Of a stretch of DNA of 64,000 nucleotides, positions 1 through 9,632 are shown piece by piece. How positions within the stretch are numbered: the first letter of the stretch is position 1; each line of letters opens with the position of its first letter. Under the pieces are notes generated by a model. It was not told where the DNA came from and did not search any database. It worked only from the letters and a program-made list of their open reading frames with translations. The stretch is from a virus. The stretch covers positions 119,296-183,295 of IMG/VR virus record IMGVR_UViG_3300047498_000060. One strand, 5' to 3'. A program made the translations under genes and the position numbers.

Positions 1-340
1 GCTCGGTCTTCTGGAAGACCTCGGAGCTGATCGTGTAGAAGCCGATCTCCGCCTTGGGGCCACGGATGAAGCGAGCCGTGGGGGTGCCACGGAAGTCCAT
101 CGTCATGGCCTTGGACTGGGGTTCGATGTCCACGATCTTGACCAGCGTGTCGTGGTTGACGGAGCGCTGGCAGTCCGTGCGGGTCACCTGCTCCGGCGGA
201 AGGATCTTCCGCGTGAACGAGACCTCGCGGAGACGGTCGCGGATGTACGAGCCGCCGTACTCTGCGAGCTTCTCCTTGATGTCGCTCGAGCCGAGCTTGG
301 TGCTGAACAGGCCGTTGAGAACGTGTGCCGGAACACTCAT
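1..340 (-). CDS. Major capsid protein, N-terminal part (runs off left edge; not in ORF track)
   Basis: Manual translation from ATG 340: MSVPAHVLNGLFSTKLGSSDIKEKLAEYGGSYIRDRLREVSFTRKILPPEQVT...EIGFYTISSEVFQKTE, open to the edge. Purine-rich RBS (AGGAAAGGAAAGAGG). The IRxRLRExSFxRKIL segment resembles HK97-fold capsid N-arms, and the gene follows protease/scaffold/decoration genes. Confidence 0.75.
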   Translation of the reverse strand, partial: MSVPAHVLNGLFSTKLGSSDIKEKLAEYGGSYIRDRLREVSFTRKILPPEQVTRTDCQRSVNHDTLVKIVDIEPQSKAMTMDFRGTPTARFIRGPKAEIGFYTISSEVFQKTE

Positions 341-374
341 GTGAGTTGCCTCTTTCCTTTCCTGATGGTTCCGG

Positions 375-908
375 TTACTGCGCGTAACCCGTCATGAACC
401 GGAGTTGCCCGCCATTGCTGGAGGGTAGACGAGTGACGTACCCGACGATGGGGTCCGTGTCGGAGCCCACACCGCCGTGACCGACGAGCCCGCTGAACGA
501 GCGGGAGCTGAACGTGACCGTCGCGACCTTGAGGGGCTGCATGACGGTGGTGATGGCTGCGCCGCCGTGAATGGCAGCCGCCGCATCGAAGATGCGCGAG
601 TCGAACTCGTAGAAGCCGCCGAAGAGGAACGTCACCTTGTGCAGGGACATTGCCTGGGTGTCGTAGCGCCCCTTCTCGACGAAGACGGGGAAGCTGCGGA
701 CCGTCGCGTAGTTGGGCACCGGAGCTGCGACGTCCGACGTGGCGCGAACCAGCTGGTAGGCCGAGTTGATGGTGACCCACTCGCCGTCGGTGAGCGCGAT
801 GGCGTTGTTCGGGTTGCAGAGCGAACCATCCGCAAGCGGAAGCGCGCGGCGGTTGACGTCCAAGATGCTGGTGACGGGGGTGAAGTTGACCTTCTGCAGA
901 GTCGACAT
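375..908 (-). CDS. Putative capsid decoration/cement protein
   Basis: 177 aa, beta-rich, AAGGAG RBS, immediately upstream of the capsid gene. Function inferred from position. Confidence 0.5.
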   Translation of the reverse strand: MSTLQKVNFTPVTSILDVNRRALPLADGSLCNPNNAIALTDGEWVTINSAYQLVRATSDVAAPVPNYATVRSFPVFVEKGRYDTQAMSLHKVTFLFGGFYEFDSRIFDAAAAIHGGAAITTVMQPLKVATVTFSSRSFSGLVGHGGVGSDTDPIVGYVTRLPSSNGGQLRFMTGYAQ

Positions 909-941
909 GACGTAACTACTCCTTGGTGGTGGGTGGGTCTG

Positions 942-1328
942 TCAGCCGACAGTACCGAGGATGAACCTCTCGAAGTCCGTGGTGCCTTGTGCGATGCCCT
1001 CCGACGAATCGGAGGTCAGCGACGCGACCTTCATCCCCATATCGGGACCGACGAGGTCCACGCCCTGCTCGATGGCGTCGAGCTTCTCGGGGGTCGCCGC
1101 CGCGAGCTTCTCGAGGCGGTCGGCAAGGGCCTCGACGGAGGTGTCGAGATCGATGCCCTTGTTGTGCATGCTCTGCGCGAGCTTCTCGACGCGGTCACGC
1201 GTTTCGCGCGCGGCGAGCTTGTCCTGGAGGTCGTGGATGACCTCCTGCTGCGAACGGAGGGTGGTCGCGGCGTCGGCCATGACTTCCGCGAACTGGCTGG
1301 CTGCTGTCTTGTCCATGGTCTCCCTCAC
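942..1328 (-). CDS. Coiled-coil head assembly (scaffold-like) protein
   Basis: 128 aa, helical, KxA motifs (DKTAAS, EKLAA, MKVAS), in head operon. Confidence 0.5.
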   Translation of the reverse strand: MRETMDKTAASQFAEVMADAATTLRSQQEVIHDLQDKLAARETRDRVEKLAQSMHNKGIDLDTSVEALADRLEKLAAATPEKLDAIEQGVDLVGPDMGMKVASLTSDSSEGIAQGTTDFERFILGTVG

Positions 1329-2662
1329 GCCCCCTGCTTGCTGGGGTCCGCGTTGATGCCTTCGATGAGGCGGCCGAGAAGAACGCGAGCTGCCGCTGTC
1401 TTCACCGGACCACCGGACTCTGCGCTCGCGAACTTGGTCCCCGCCTTGCCCGTGTTCTCGAGGACGTCACGGAGCGTGCTGTCGTGCGCCATGCTGAGCG
1501 CCGGTTCGTTGAAGTACTTCCCGAGCTCGGTGCGGCGCGGACCGTGCGACTGCCCCTTCGTGTAGTTCTGCGCAGCCTCGTTGCTGCCGACAAGAGAGGT
1601 GGGGCCCTGGGGTGCGCCGCCGACCGGCTCGCCGCCGGGCTGACCCGAAGCGCTGGTGTCCGGGGGAACTGCCTTGCCGGCGGAGATCTGCGCCGGGTTG
1701 ATGGCGTCCTCCGCGACCTTGATGTGTGCGCGCATGCCTGCGACGAGACCAGCCATCTTCGCGGAGGCCTCCTTGTTCTCGGACTCGTGAGCCTTCTCGG
1801 CTTCCTCCAGGCCCTTCTTGGCCTTGTCCATGCCCTCGGTCTCCTTCTTCTCCGCATCCGGGCTCGCGAGCTTGGCGCGGATGAGGGAGAGCGCACTGCC
1901 GCGCTTCTCGGAGACGATGTTCTTCGGCATCTCCTTGTGAAGCTGGGGCGCGTCGTTCTGCGTGTTCGCCATCTGCGTGGCGCCGTGCTCGGTGGGCATC
2001 GCCTTCTGCTCACCGGGGTTCTTGGGGACGACGTTGACGCCCTGGCCGTGGTGGTCCTTGAGCGTTGCGCCGCCCGCGGCCTCGGAGACGCCCGGGGGGT
2101 TGGTCACCTTCGATTCGACGATACTGGATGCCTCCTTGCGCAGAAGGTCCGCCCCGTAGTCGAGGGCAGCGGCGAGCTTGGTGACGGCTTCGTCGTCGAT
2201 GTACGCGAGCGCCGAGGCCATCTTGCCTCCACACGCGCACTTCTCCTTGCCGCACTTCTCGCACTTCTTCTTCTCACCGGCAGTCTTCACCGACTGGAGC
2301 TGCGCCTCCGTGGTGATGCGGACGCGCTCAGCGGTCTTGGCCACCGCTGTCTTCACCATCGAACTCAGACTCGCGCGACCTGCAAGGCTTCCCATGGACT
2401 CTTCTCCGTGTGCCAACTTCGGCAGCATCTCAGCACCCCGAGGGGGCGCACTCTTCTGTTCGCTTGCTCCCGCATCCGGAACGGAGGGGAGACCGGTGTT
2501 CACGCGCGAGTAGTTGGTCCGAGGCCCCATGCCTGCGGGCCCGCGCTTTCCGGGTGCCAGTGTGGGTTCGATGCTGGGTGTGGGGAGAGGGGCAGACGCG
2601 CTCATGCCCGTCGATGAAGGCATGGGGTTTTCCCCCGTCTTCACCAGCTTGAGCATGCTCAC
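1325..2662 (-). CDS. Head-associated low-complexity protein with many KxA motifs and a small Cys cluster
   Basis: 445 aa with CEKCGKEKCAC and more than 10 KxA sites. Possible second in-frame start at ATG 2395 with GGAG RBS. Confidence 0.65.
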   Translation of the reverse strand: MSMLKLVKTGENPMPSSTGMSASAPLPTPSIEPTLAPGKRGPAGMGPRTNYSRVNTGLPSVPDAGASEQKSAPPRGAEMLPKLAHGEESMGSLAGRASLSSMVKTAVAKTAERVRITTEAQLQSVKTAGEKKKCEKCGKEKCACGGKMASALAYIDDEAVTKLAAALDYGADLLRKEASSIVESKVTNPPGVSEAAGGATLKDHHGQGVNVVPKNPGEQKAMPTEHGATQMANTQNDAPQLHKEMPKNIVSEKRGSALSLIRAKLASPDAEKKETEGMDKAKKGLEEAEKAHESENKEASAKMAGLVAGMRAHIKVAEDAINPAQISAGKAVPPDTSASGQPGGEPVGGAPQGPTSLVGSNEAAQNYTKGQSHGPRRTELGKYFNEPALSMAHDSTLRDVLENTGKAGTKFASAESGGPVKTAAARVLLGRLIEGINADPSKQGA

Positions 2663-2682
2663 GACCGTCCATCTCCTTCTCC

Positions 2683-3609
2683 TCAGACTGCCGGAGTGTT
2701 CCAGGTAACGGGGTAGCCCGCGGCCTCGAGGATCTCGAGGGCACGAATGTCGACGCCAACCTGGTAGTTGGGGGCCGAGGCGACCTTCTCACTCTCACCG
2801 AGCAGCCCGAGCTCAAGGACCGCGGCGACCTTACGGCCCGCCTCATCGACATCGAAGTTGCCGTCCGCGGCCACCATCTCGATGGCGCGCTCTGCGCCAA
2901 GCTCGTCGAGCATTGATGCGTGCTTGCTGTGGTGGTGTGCAGCAGCTGCTCCACCGGCCACTGCCGCCGCCCCTGCCGCGTGAGCGGCTGCGCCGCGCGC
3001 CGCCGCATCGTTCGAGTGGCGGTACAGCGTGTTGGGCCCGTTGTTGCGTTCCGTCTTCCCGCCCAAGTGCTTCCCGGTACGCTCGAGGTGTTCCATCACG
3101 GGCTTCTTGACCTTGCTGGCCGCTTCGCTGACTGCCTCACGCGCCTTGTGGCCGAACGTGTGCGCCTTCGTGGCAAGCGTCGCCGGGTTGAGGGCCTTCG
3201 TCGAAGCCTCCTTGATGTAGCTGCGCTCCTGCTCGAAGGAATGCGCCATGACGCGCCCGAGGTAGTCCGCCTTCTGAATGTCGGCGGCCATCGCCTGCTT
3301 CTCGGCCCACTCCGCAGCGGCAGCTGCGTGTTTCTCCTCTTCCTTCTTCTTCTTCTTTTCCTCGTCCTCCTCGTCCTTGGGCTCTTCCTCGGACGCGAGC
3401 TTCGAGAACTCGGCCCGGAACTCGCCGTAGAGTGCCTGGACATCCGCGTCGGACATCGAGTTCAGGTCGATCTGCTGGTCGCTGGCGACTTTCAGAAAGA
3501 GTTCGACCGAGGCTGTCTTCTCGGCCTCCTCGTCGGTCACCGTGCTGGCTTGCTTGGTGCCGTAGAACTGTGCGAGGTGTTCGTTCATCTGGGGTTCGGT
3601 AGCGGGCAT
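2683..3609 (-). CDS. Scaffold/internal head protein with KxAS motifs
   Basis: 308 aa with KQAS, KTAS, KVAS, KLAS, KEAS, KHAS and a charged EEEPKDEEDEEKKKKK tract, directly downstream of the protease. Confidence 0.65.
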   Translation of the reverse strand: MPATEPQMNEHLAQFYGTKQASTVTDEEAEKTASVELFLKVASDQQIDLNSMSDADVQALYGEFRAEFSKLASEEEPKDEEDEEKKKKKEEEKHAAAAAEWAEKQAMAADIQKADYLGRVMAHSFEQERSYIKEASTKALNPATLATKAHTFGHKAREAVSEAASKVKKPVMEHLERTGKHLGGKTERNNGPNTLYRHSNDAAARGAAAHAAGAAAVAGGAAAAHHHSKHASMLDELGAERAIEMVAADGNFDVDEAGRKVAAVLELGLLGESEKVASAPNYQVGVDIRALEILEAAGYPVTWNTPAV

Positions 3610-6464
3610 CAGACTTCTCCAGTGGGCACGGGCCGAGTGTTCGAGGGTGTTCCCTCTACTGCCGTTGCGACGGTGTCAGACGGTACACCAACTTCGTCCC
3701 AGTAGGCCAGTTTGAGGAAGGCCGCTGAGAGGGGCGTGAACAGTGAATCAACGCTGACCGATGCCAGCTTACGCGTCTGTGCCGTCTTCGCCAACTGCGA
3801 AGAAGAAACAAACTCTTGAGCGTGAGTGACGAGGTCCATGATTCCAGTTCGATACCCGTTGTAGGCAGCTCCTATCTTACGCAGCGATACTGAAGGAAGG
3901 GAAGAAGTCGAACCACGCTTCTCTTTCGGAGAGTCGTGCGTAAGAAGAATCCGTTGTTCTACTTGCGGTCCAAAGGCAGAACGCTCTGAGAGAAGAGGCA
4001 ACAGTAGATGCGCCAGTGTCTCAGAGAAGAACTGCGGGCCCATAGGCACATCGAGCGTGTCATTCGTCTTAGGGAAGACCGTTCCTTTGCGCTCTAGTTC
4101 ATTCGCGAGAGGGCGTTGTCCCATCTGAATGAGGATGATGCGCTGGAACTCTCGCGGTCGAAGAACCATCCCCAGGCTCGTGGGTGTCGACAGTGCTTCC
4201 TCGAGGGGAGAGTCCGCCAGGATGTCGAGGATGTCCTTCGGGATGTCGCGCTCGTTCGCCGTGAGAACGGGTACGGCCTTGGCGGCGAACTGACTGGGCA
4301 GAACGTCCTTGGTGATCTCGGCGCCCTTGTCCTTGGCGCTCTTGAAGAGAGCAGCTGCAAGCTTCTCATCTTCGGGAATGGACTCGTCGTAGCCCAGCTT
4401 TTCAGCGAGCTCAGCACCGCCCATGAAGAAGTACGACTTACCCTCGCCGGCGATCTTCATCATCACCTTGGCGGTTTTGTCGGCGCCGATGAAGACGAAG
4501 CTGATGTCGAAGAAACGGGGGTAGTCGTTGAAGACGAAGACCTTACGCCCGTCCGGAAGAATCCGGTTCAGGTTCTTCCGGGTAAACTCGTCGTAGTCGT
4601 TGCGCGTGATGGATACGCCGGGGATGCCGTGACCCGTGCGCTTCAAGAGCTCCTTGTGAAACTCGAGGACCGCGTCACCAGGAGAACGATGTCGCTTCTT
4701 GTTGAAGGTGGCCTGCGCCTTCCGGTACATGTCCCAGTCGAGCGTGATGGACGACGTGTCGAATGGGACGCGCGTCCCCATGGAGACGTCGACGAACTGA
4801 CCGGCGTGCAGCTTGTCCCAGACACCGGTGCCGCCGAACTGCTGACACTTGTCCTGGTCGACGCGCACCACGAGCTCGACACGCTTCATGCGTGGATGCC
4901 ACGCAGCGAGCTCCACCTCACCGAACGCGCGCTTCGCATCCTTGTTCCGATGGTGGGCGAACGGGTGCGCGTTGTAGAAAGTCGGGAACCCGTACGCCCA
5001 GTCCCTCGCCTTGATCTTGTCGACGAGTGGATTGCCGGTCCAGTCATCCGGCTTGTGGATGAGGGACTCCTCAGTGAATGCGTCGCCGTTCACGTTTGAG
5101 TTATGCACGGCGAAGCCGCCCGCTGTATACGATGTATCCTCTGACACCTGCAGGTCGTACACGGGCAGCGCGACAGCACGTCGCTTCAGTTTCGTGACTG
5201 CCGACAGAATGAAGCCACCCGGATGTATGTAACTCTTCGAGCAGGTTTTCTTACCACGCAGCTGTGCCCCACCGACCAGCAAATTGAATACAGGCTTACC
5301 GGCGTACCAGGTCGCCTTCGTGTTGTGCCGTCCACTGATCGAAGACACGATACCCAGACGCGCCAGAAGCAGACGCATGCCACGCAGTAGTGCCTCTGAG
5401 GCCGACACGCAGGTGTTGCTGCCTGCACCCTTGGCCCCGACCTTGGCGGTACACCCGTCACCACCGGCATACGCGAAGAAGAACTCGCGCTGCCATGCAC
5501 GCGGCATACGAAGCAGCTCCTCGCTAAGGCACTTGTGTTCCGCGCCTCTGCCGATGTGCATCGCGCACGCGCTAGCGAAGGCCGACCACGCCAGCTCTAC
5601 GCGTATGGAGTGCGTCTTCTTGTTGTGTATCTCGCACACGGCGTGCCCGTACTGCGCCGCTACGGTACGCACACGCATGAGCGTGCCGATCTCCGTCTCA
5701 CCAATCACAAAGACAACCTTCGCGAGCGGACGCTCTCCACTGCTGTGCCGTGGGCTTCCGTCTCGCTTCGTCCTGAAGCACTCGTTGGCACACCCTTCGG
5801 CGGCGTACAGCCCGAACAAAAAAGCAAGGTCCTGGTTGGCCCAGACCGTACCCATGGCCTGCGGAGACTCTTCCAGCGGGAAGGGTTCCGAAACCATGTC
5901 CCCTGGGCGTAGGTCCCCGATGGGAACCCACGCGAATGCCAGGCCGCTCAACATGCGCTCACGACGCCACTCAACAGGCACGCACCGGTCTGCTCGATAA
6001 ACAAGGTCGCGTCTCTTCTTGCGGAACTCCTCACGCGGAACAACCCACAGCTCGTGGTTCGGCGTCGCCGATAGAGCAGGGGACAGGCGAGACAACCCGC
6101 AGACGGACAGGTCTATGAGCTCTCCGGTGAGGTCCTTGACCTGTACGCCCTCCACTACGCGCCAGCGATTGCGGTGTGTCAGCACCTGCGTGCCGACCGC
6201 TACCTGCTCGATCAGCATCGTACCGGCACGCGTCTGTACTGCAGTACCGGCAGGGAAGCAGCCCCACGTTTCGCTGGCGCCCATCGCGTTGACGAGAACG
6301 TACTGCGCATTCTTGCTGGGCTTCAGCGATGCGATGTACTGCGAGACCTCTGGCAGGAGAGTCGGCGCTGCTGTCTTCTCGAACACCGCGTCGGACGGAC
6401 CAAAGAGGGGGAACGTGTGGATCCCCGTCTCGTCCTCCCCACGGAATAGCGCGACCTTCAACAT
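3609..6464 (-). CDS. Prohead maturation protease (assemblin/HK97-like serine protease) with intein
   Basis: Spliced extein has NxNGDxF, FAHH (His), VELVVRVD, VSMG (Ser) and PRFFDISFV-x-x-GAD motifs, and lies upstream of scaffold/capsid genes. Confidence 0.75.
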   Translation of the reverse strand: MLKVALFRGEDETGIHTFPLFGPSDAVFEKTAAPTLLPEVSQYIASLKPSKNAQYVLVNAMGASETWGCFPAGTAVQTRAGTMLIEQVAVGTQVLTHRNRWRVVEGVQVKDLTGELIDLSVCGLSRLSPALSATPNHELWVVPREEFRKKRRDLVYRADRCVPVEWRRERMLSGLAFAWVPIGDLRPGDMVSEPFPLEESPQAMGTVWANQDLAFLFGLYAAEGCANECFRTKRDGSPRHSSGERPLAKVVFVIGETEIGTLMRVRTVAAQYGHAVCEIHNKKTHSIRVELAWSAFASACAMHIGRGAEHKCLSEELLRMPRAWQREFFFAYAGGDGCTAKVGAKGAGSNTCVSASEALLRGMRLLLARLGIVSSISGRHNTKATWYAGKPVFNLLVGGAQLRGKKTCSKSYIHPGGFILSAVTKLKRRAVALPVYDLQVSEDTSYTAGGFAVHNSNVNGDAFTEESLIHKPDDWTGNPLVDKIKARDWAYGFPTFYNAHPFAHHRNKDAKRAFGEVELAAWHPRMKRVELVVRVDQDKCQQFGGTGVWDKLHAGQFVDVSMGTRVPFDTSSITLDWDMYRKAQATFNKKRHRSPGDAVLEFHKELLKRTGHGIPGVSITRNDYDEFTRKNLNRILPDGRKVFVFNDYPRFFDISFVFIGADKTAKVMMKIAGEGKSYFFMGGAELAEKLGYDESIPEDEKLAAALFKSAKDKGAEITKDVLPSQFAAKAVPVLTANERDIPKDILDILADSPLEEALSTPTSLGMVLRPREFQRIILIQMGQRPLANELERKGTVFPKTNDTLDVPMGPQFFSETLAHLLLPLLSERSAFGPQVEQRILLTHDSPKEKRGSTSSLPSVSLRKIGAAYNGYRTGIMDLVTHAQEFVSSSQLAKTAQTRKLASVSVDSLFTPLSAAFLKLAYWDEVGVPSDTVATAVEGTPSNTRPVPTGEV
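5100..6260 (-). mobile_element. Intein with LAGLIDADG homing endonuclease (387 aa)
   Basis: Block A WG|CFPAGTAV, block B ATPNHEL, endonuclease motifs LFGLYAAEG and FAYAGGDG, C-terminus VYDLQV...GFAVHN|S. Confidence 0.95.
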
Positions 6465-6470
6465 GGGATG

Positions 6471-7229
6471 TCAGCGAGAGAAGTGGGCCTTCGGTCCGGA
6501 ACGTTGAGCCGCCGCTGCCTCCCATGCCTGGGAACGATCCTTGAACGGCCGGGGACTGCCTTCTCCTGTTCCTTCCTGCGCTTCTTGCGCTCGCATCGCC
6601 TGTACTCTCTCGTTACTGCGCCCAAGCTCCTCCCCTACTTCCCCAAACCCACCGACTCCCTGCCGGCGCACTGGCTTGTTCGTACGCATGAAGCCCACAG
6701 GGTCCTTGAAGGGCTTGCCCCCTCCCGGCGATGCCATGCCTTTCTGCGCGCCCTGCAACATCGCAGACCCGATCCCCTGCGGAGCGTGAGTGCCTCCGCC
6801 TAGCATCTTGTGTCGTGAGTCGAGCGCTCCGTTGATGAGACCGTTCACTCCCATGGGGTTGTCGACCATCTGACGCACGTAAGCGCCGGCGACGGTGGGA
6901 TCCGAAGAGAACTCCGGAGCGAACGTCCGTAGTGTCGAGAACATCCGGTTCACCTTGCGCGGGTCGCTCTGGTGCAGCTCTTGGAGGTCGTCGTTCTCGG
7001 CGAGCATGGCCTTGAAGTCGCGGGATTTGGTGGCCGCGTCATAGATGGCGTGTCCTGCCATGCCGACTGCGGCAACAGCGCCCGCGCCAAGTGCCGCTGC
7101 TCCGGCACCAACGATACTGCCGGCAAGGTTCTTCGGCGCCATCACAGCCTTAGCCGCCTGGCCGAAGGCCTGCCCGTACCCAGCAGCTTTCTTCTCGAGG
7201 TACTCCGTCAGCGGGTTCTCACTGGCCAT
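6471..7229 (-). CDS. Virion-associated protein with Gly/Ala-rich hydrophobic segment
   Basis: Start reassigned to ATG 7229 (MASENPLTEYLEKKAAG), overlapping the upstream stop. Contains GSIVGAGAAALGAGAVAAVG. Confidence 0.6.
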   Translation of the reverse strand: MASENPLTEYLEKKAAGYGQAFGQAAKAVMAPKNLAGSIVGAGAAALGAGAVAAVGMAGHAIYDAATKSRDFKAMLAENDDLQELHQSDPRKVNRMFSTLRTFAPEFSSDPTVAGAYVRQMVDNPMGVNGLINGALDSRHKMLGGGTHAPQGIGSAMLQGAQKGMASPGGGKPFKDPVGFMRTNKPVRRQGVGGFGEVGEELGRSNERVQAMRAQEAQEGTGEGSPRPFKDRSQAWEAAAAQRSGPKAHFSR

Positions 7230-8439
7230 TCTGGATTCTCCACTCGTGTTCTTGCTGCGCCTGAGTGCCGGGGACCTGTTGGGCGACGGTGCGAACCGTA
7301 GCGCGCGCCGCGCGCGCCGGGAGGCTGGGGCTGTTCTGGTAGTGGGTGTACGCCTCGTTGGCCGCGATTCCTGCCGCCATGTGCGGTGCGAACCTCGTAG
7401 CAAGTCCAGCAGCTGTGCCGGCGAGCGGATGAATGTGCTTGGAGACTGCCTTGTCGACAGCACCACCTGCGTCAGCCGCAGCGCCCGTGATCCCTTTGAT
7501 GATCTTCCCCGCGGTGGAGTCGGCCTGCTTTAGGATGCCGGTGAGTCCAGCGTGATTCGCGACCACATCCTTCCGCACCTCGCGTGCCTCAGCGAGCTTG
7601 TTGAGGATGCCGCAGAAGTCCGCGAAGTCGACGACAAGTTCGTGCTCGGGGTTCACTAGGCTGCCCTGGCTGGCCACCTTGTCGAGGGAGGAGAGCATCT
7701 CCTCGCCGCCGTGGAACACTCCCTCGCGCAAGAGGCGCGGGGTGAAGAGCTCGAAGGCGACCTTGACGTACTCCTCCGAGGGAGCCGTGCTTTCCCAGGC
7801 CTGCATGATCTGTCCGAGCGAGACGTTGCTGAGAGCCGCCTGCTTCACGTGGTGATAGACGCGGTCACCGCACTCGGCGTACGCGACCTCGAGGCCGCTG
7901 ATCTCGGTGAGGAGATGGTCCGCGGCGCCGGCTAGCTTGTCGCGCAGGTCGATGATGGGGCCGTATGGGTTGGCGAAGGGCTCCTCCGCTTCGGCTTCTT
8001 TGACCCCGAACGCTTCGCGCAGGAGCGCGTCGTCCTCATCAGCCGAGGCTGTCTTCGTGTGGCCCCCATGGGAGGGAGGCGAACTGTAGTCGAGCGTGCC
8101 GCGATCGAAAACAGAACCGCCACCGCCGGAATTGAGGTCCTTGAGGATCTCAGACGCATCGGCGGGTCCACCCTCGAACTCGATGACCCGGTGGGCCGAC
8201 CCTTCCTTCTTGAACTCCGACAAAAAAGCGGCGGTGTTCGTGAATTCGACGACGCGCTTGACCTGCTCCGGGCTGAACATCGCCTCCTTCACAGTGCCGA
8301 TCACAGCCTCCGTAAGGCTGGCGTACTTGCCGTTCGCCCAATCTGCGGCTGCCTTCTTCCCGAACACCTCCAGATGCTCACCCGAGATCGAACGAGCATG
8401 CTCTTGCTGGTGCGTAAAGGCGTTGGGTTGATCGCTCAT
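7219..8439 (-). CDS. Virion head-associated protein, first gene of head operon
   Basis: Start reassigned to ATG 8439 (MSDQPNAF). About 10 KxA motifs and a Gly/Ala-rich C-terminus. Confidence 0.65.
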   Translation of the reverse strand: MSDQPNAFTHQQEHARSISGEHLEVFGKKAAADWANGKYASLTEAVIGTVKEAMFSPEQVKRVVEFTNTAAFLSEFKKEGSAHRVIEFEGGPADASEILKDLNSGGGGSVFDRGTLDYSSPPSHGGHTKTASADEDDALLREAFGVKEAEAEEPFANPYGPIIDLRDKLAGAADHLLTEISGLEVAYAECGDRVYHHVKQAALSNVSLGQIMQAWESTAPSEEYVKVAFELFTPRLLREGVFHGGEEMLSSLDKVASQGSLVNPEHELVVDFADFCGILNKLAEAREVRKDVVANHAGLTGILKQADSTAGKIIKGITGAAADAGGAVDKAVSKHIHPLAGTAAGLATRFAPHMAAGIAANEAYTHYQNSPSLPARAARATVRTVAQQVPGTQAQQEHEWRIQNGQ

Positions 8440-8445
8440 ACGCCG

Positions 8446-8451
8446 ATAGTA
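8446..8451 (-). promoter_or_regulatory. -10 box TACTAT, 6 nt before ATG (leaderless-type promoter)
   Basis: cgc-TACTAT-cggcgt-ATG with no RBS, at a divergent junction. Confidence 0.6.
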
Positions 8452-8534
8452 GCGCGCACTCATGCTAAAGAGAAAGACCCCGCGACGGTTGGCGCCGTCC
8501 GAGGCCGAGACCAGCACCTGGATGAGAGGCACCG

Positions 8535-8926
8535 ATGTCCGAAGAAGTAACACGCGATCGGCACGCGCGTTGGCGCAACAAGCACAGGGAACGTTTGCGC
8601 GTCGAGGGAGCGGCCTACGCACGAGCCCATCCCGAGAAAGGCCGGGCACAGTGTCTGAGGCGCTACGGACTGACGCCAGAACAGTACACCGCCCTATTCG
8701 CCAGACAAGGTGGCCGCTGTGCCATCGACCGGAGATCGACATCGACAAGCGGTACGGCACGGTACGTCTGCTCGCCGTGGATCATGACCACGTCACGAAC
8801 AAAGTTCGCGGCCTTCTGTGTCGTCGATGCAACACTGCACTCGGACTCCTCAACGACAGTCCCTTCTTGATGCACGCCGCAGCCGACTATCTGGAGCACC
8901 ACCATGCCGAAGCCCGAACCAAGTGA
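8535..8926 (+). pseudogene. Endonuclease VII-family HNH nuclease, frameshifted
   Basis: RRYGLTPEQY...QGGRCAI is in one frame and CHRPE...LAVDHDH...KVRGLLCRRCN is in another. Break at 8720-8726. Confidence 0.85.
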
Positions 8927-9632
8927 GTACGTGACCAGGGATGAAGCGGCCGAGCTCCTAGAGGTCGACCTACGCACCGTTGTCCGATGGACGAAAAGCG
9001 GTCGCCTTGTGGCAGCCTCTTTGCAGAAGAGTGGTCCGAAAGGAGGGCGCCCCTCGGTCCTCTACAAGCGGGCCCACATCGTGGAGATGGCAGCGCTCCT
9101 CGCCGACCAGCCCGATCTGGCGAAGATGCACGCGCTCGGCTTGCGGAATGCCGCGTCTGTCTCAACCCTCGAGCGACGCACCGACGAAATCTATGACGCG
9201 ATGGGACTGGGTGTCGCAGCCCTGCGAACGGACGAGAGCTCCATGCACGCGCTGTTCAACGAGACGAACTACGCCCCGGATCGAACGATGCTCCGGACCG
9301 TTACGTGGGTCCGCATGTGGGGCTCGCACTTCTTCGGCATGAACACGTTCTACTTCGAGTTAGCCAGCCAGGTACTGCAGAAGCCGGACGTCTGGCAGTA
9401 CTACATCGCCTTTGGGGACCTCATCGAGTATCGCGCCCAGGACCTCCTTCAAGTTGTCATCCAGAATGACGCGGAGCTCGTGCGCGCGTATCGCTACCTC
9501 GCGGCGGCGAAGCGGCATCTCTTCTACCAGGGCTTCATGTACTGCGTGCAGCACCACGGCATGCAGGCGGCCGTCGCTAAGCTCGGTCGCCCACCGAACG
9601 CCATCACCGAAGTCACAGCGCTGCTGAACTAG
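8904..9632 (+). CDS. Excisionase/MerR-like HTH DNA-binding protein
   Basis: N-terminal YVTRDEAAELLEVDLRTVVRWTKSGRL. Confidence 0.75.
   Translation: MPKPEPSEYVTRDEAAELLEVDLRTVVRWTKSGRLVAASLQKSGPKGGRPSVLYKRAHIVEMAALLADQPDLAKMHALGLRNAASVSTLERRTDEIYDAMGLGVAALRTDESSMHALFNETNYAPDRTMLRTVTWVRMWGSHFFGMNTFYFELASQVLQKPDVWQYYIAFGDLIEYRAQDLLQVVIQNDAELVRAYRYLAAAKRHLFYQGFMYCVQHHGMQAAVAKLGRPPNAITEVTALLN

Noticed and set aside
8904-9632. Excisionase-like HTH as evidence of lysogeny
   Set aside because: No integrase or att site is visible, and this fold is also used by general regulators.
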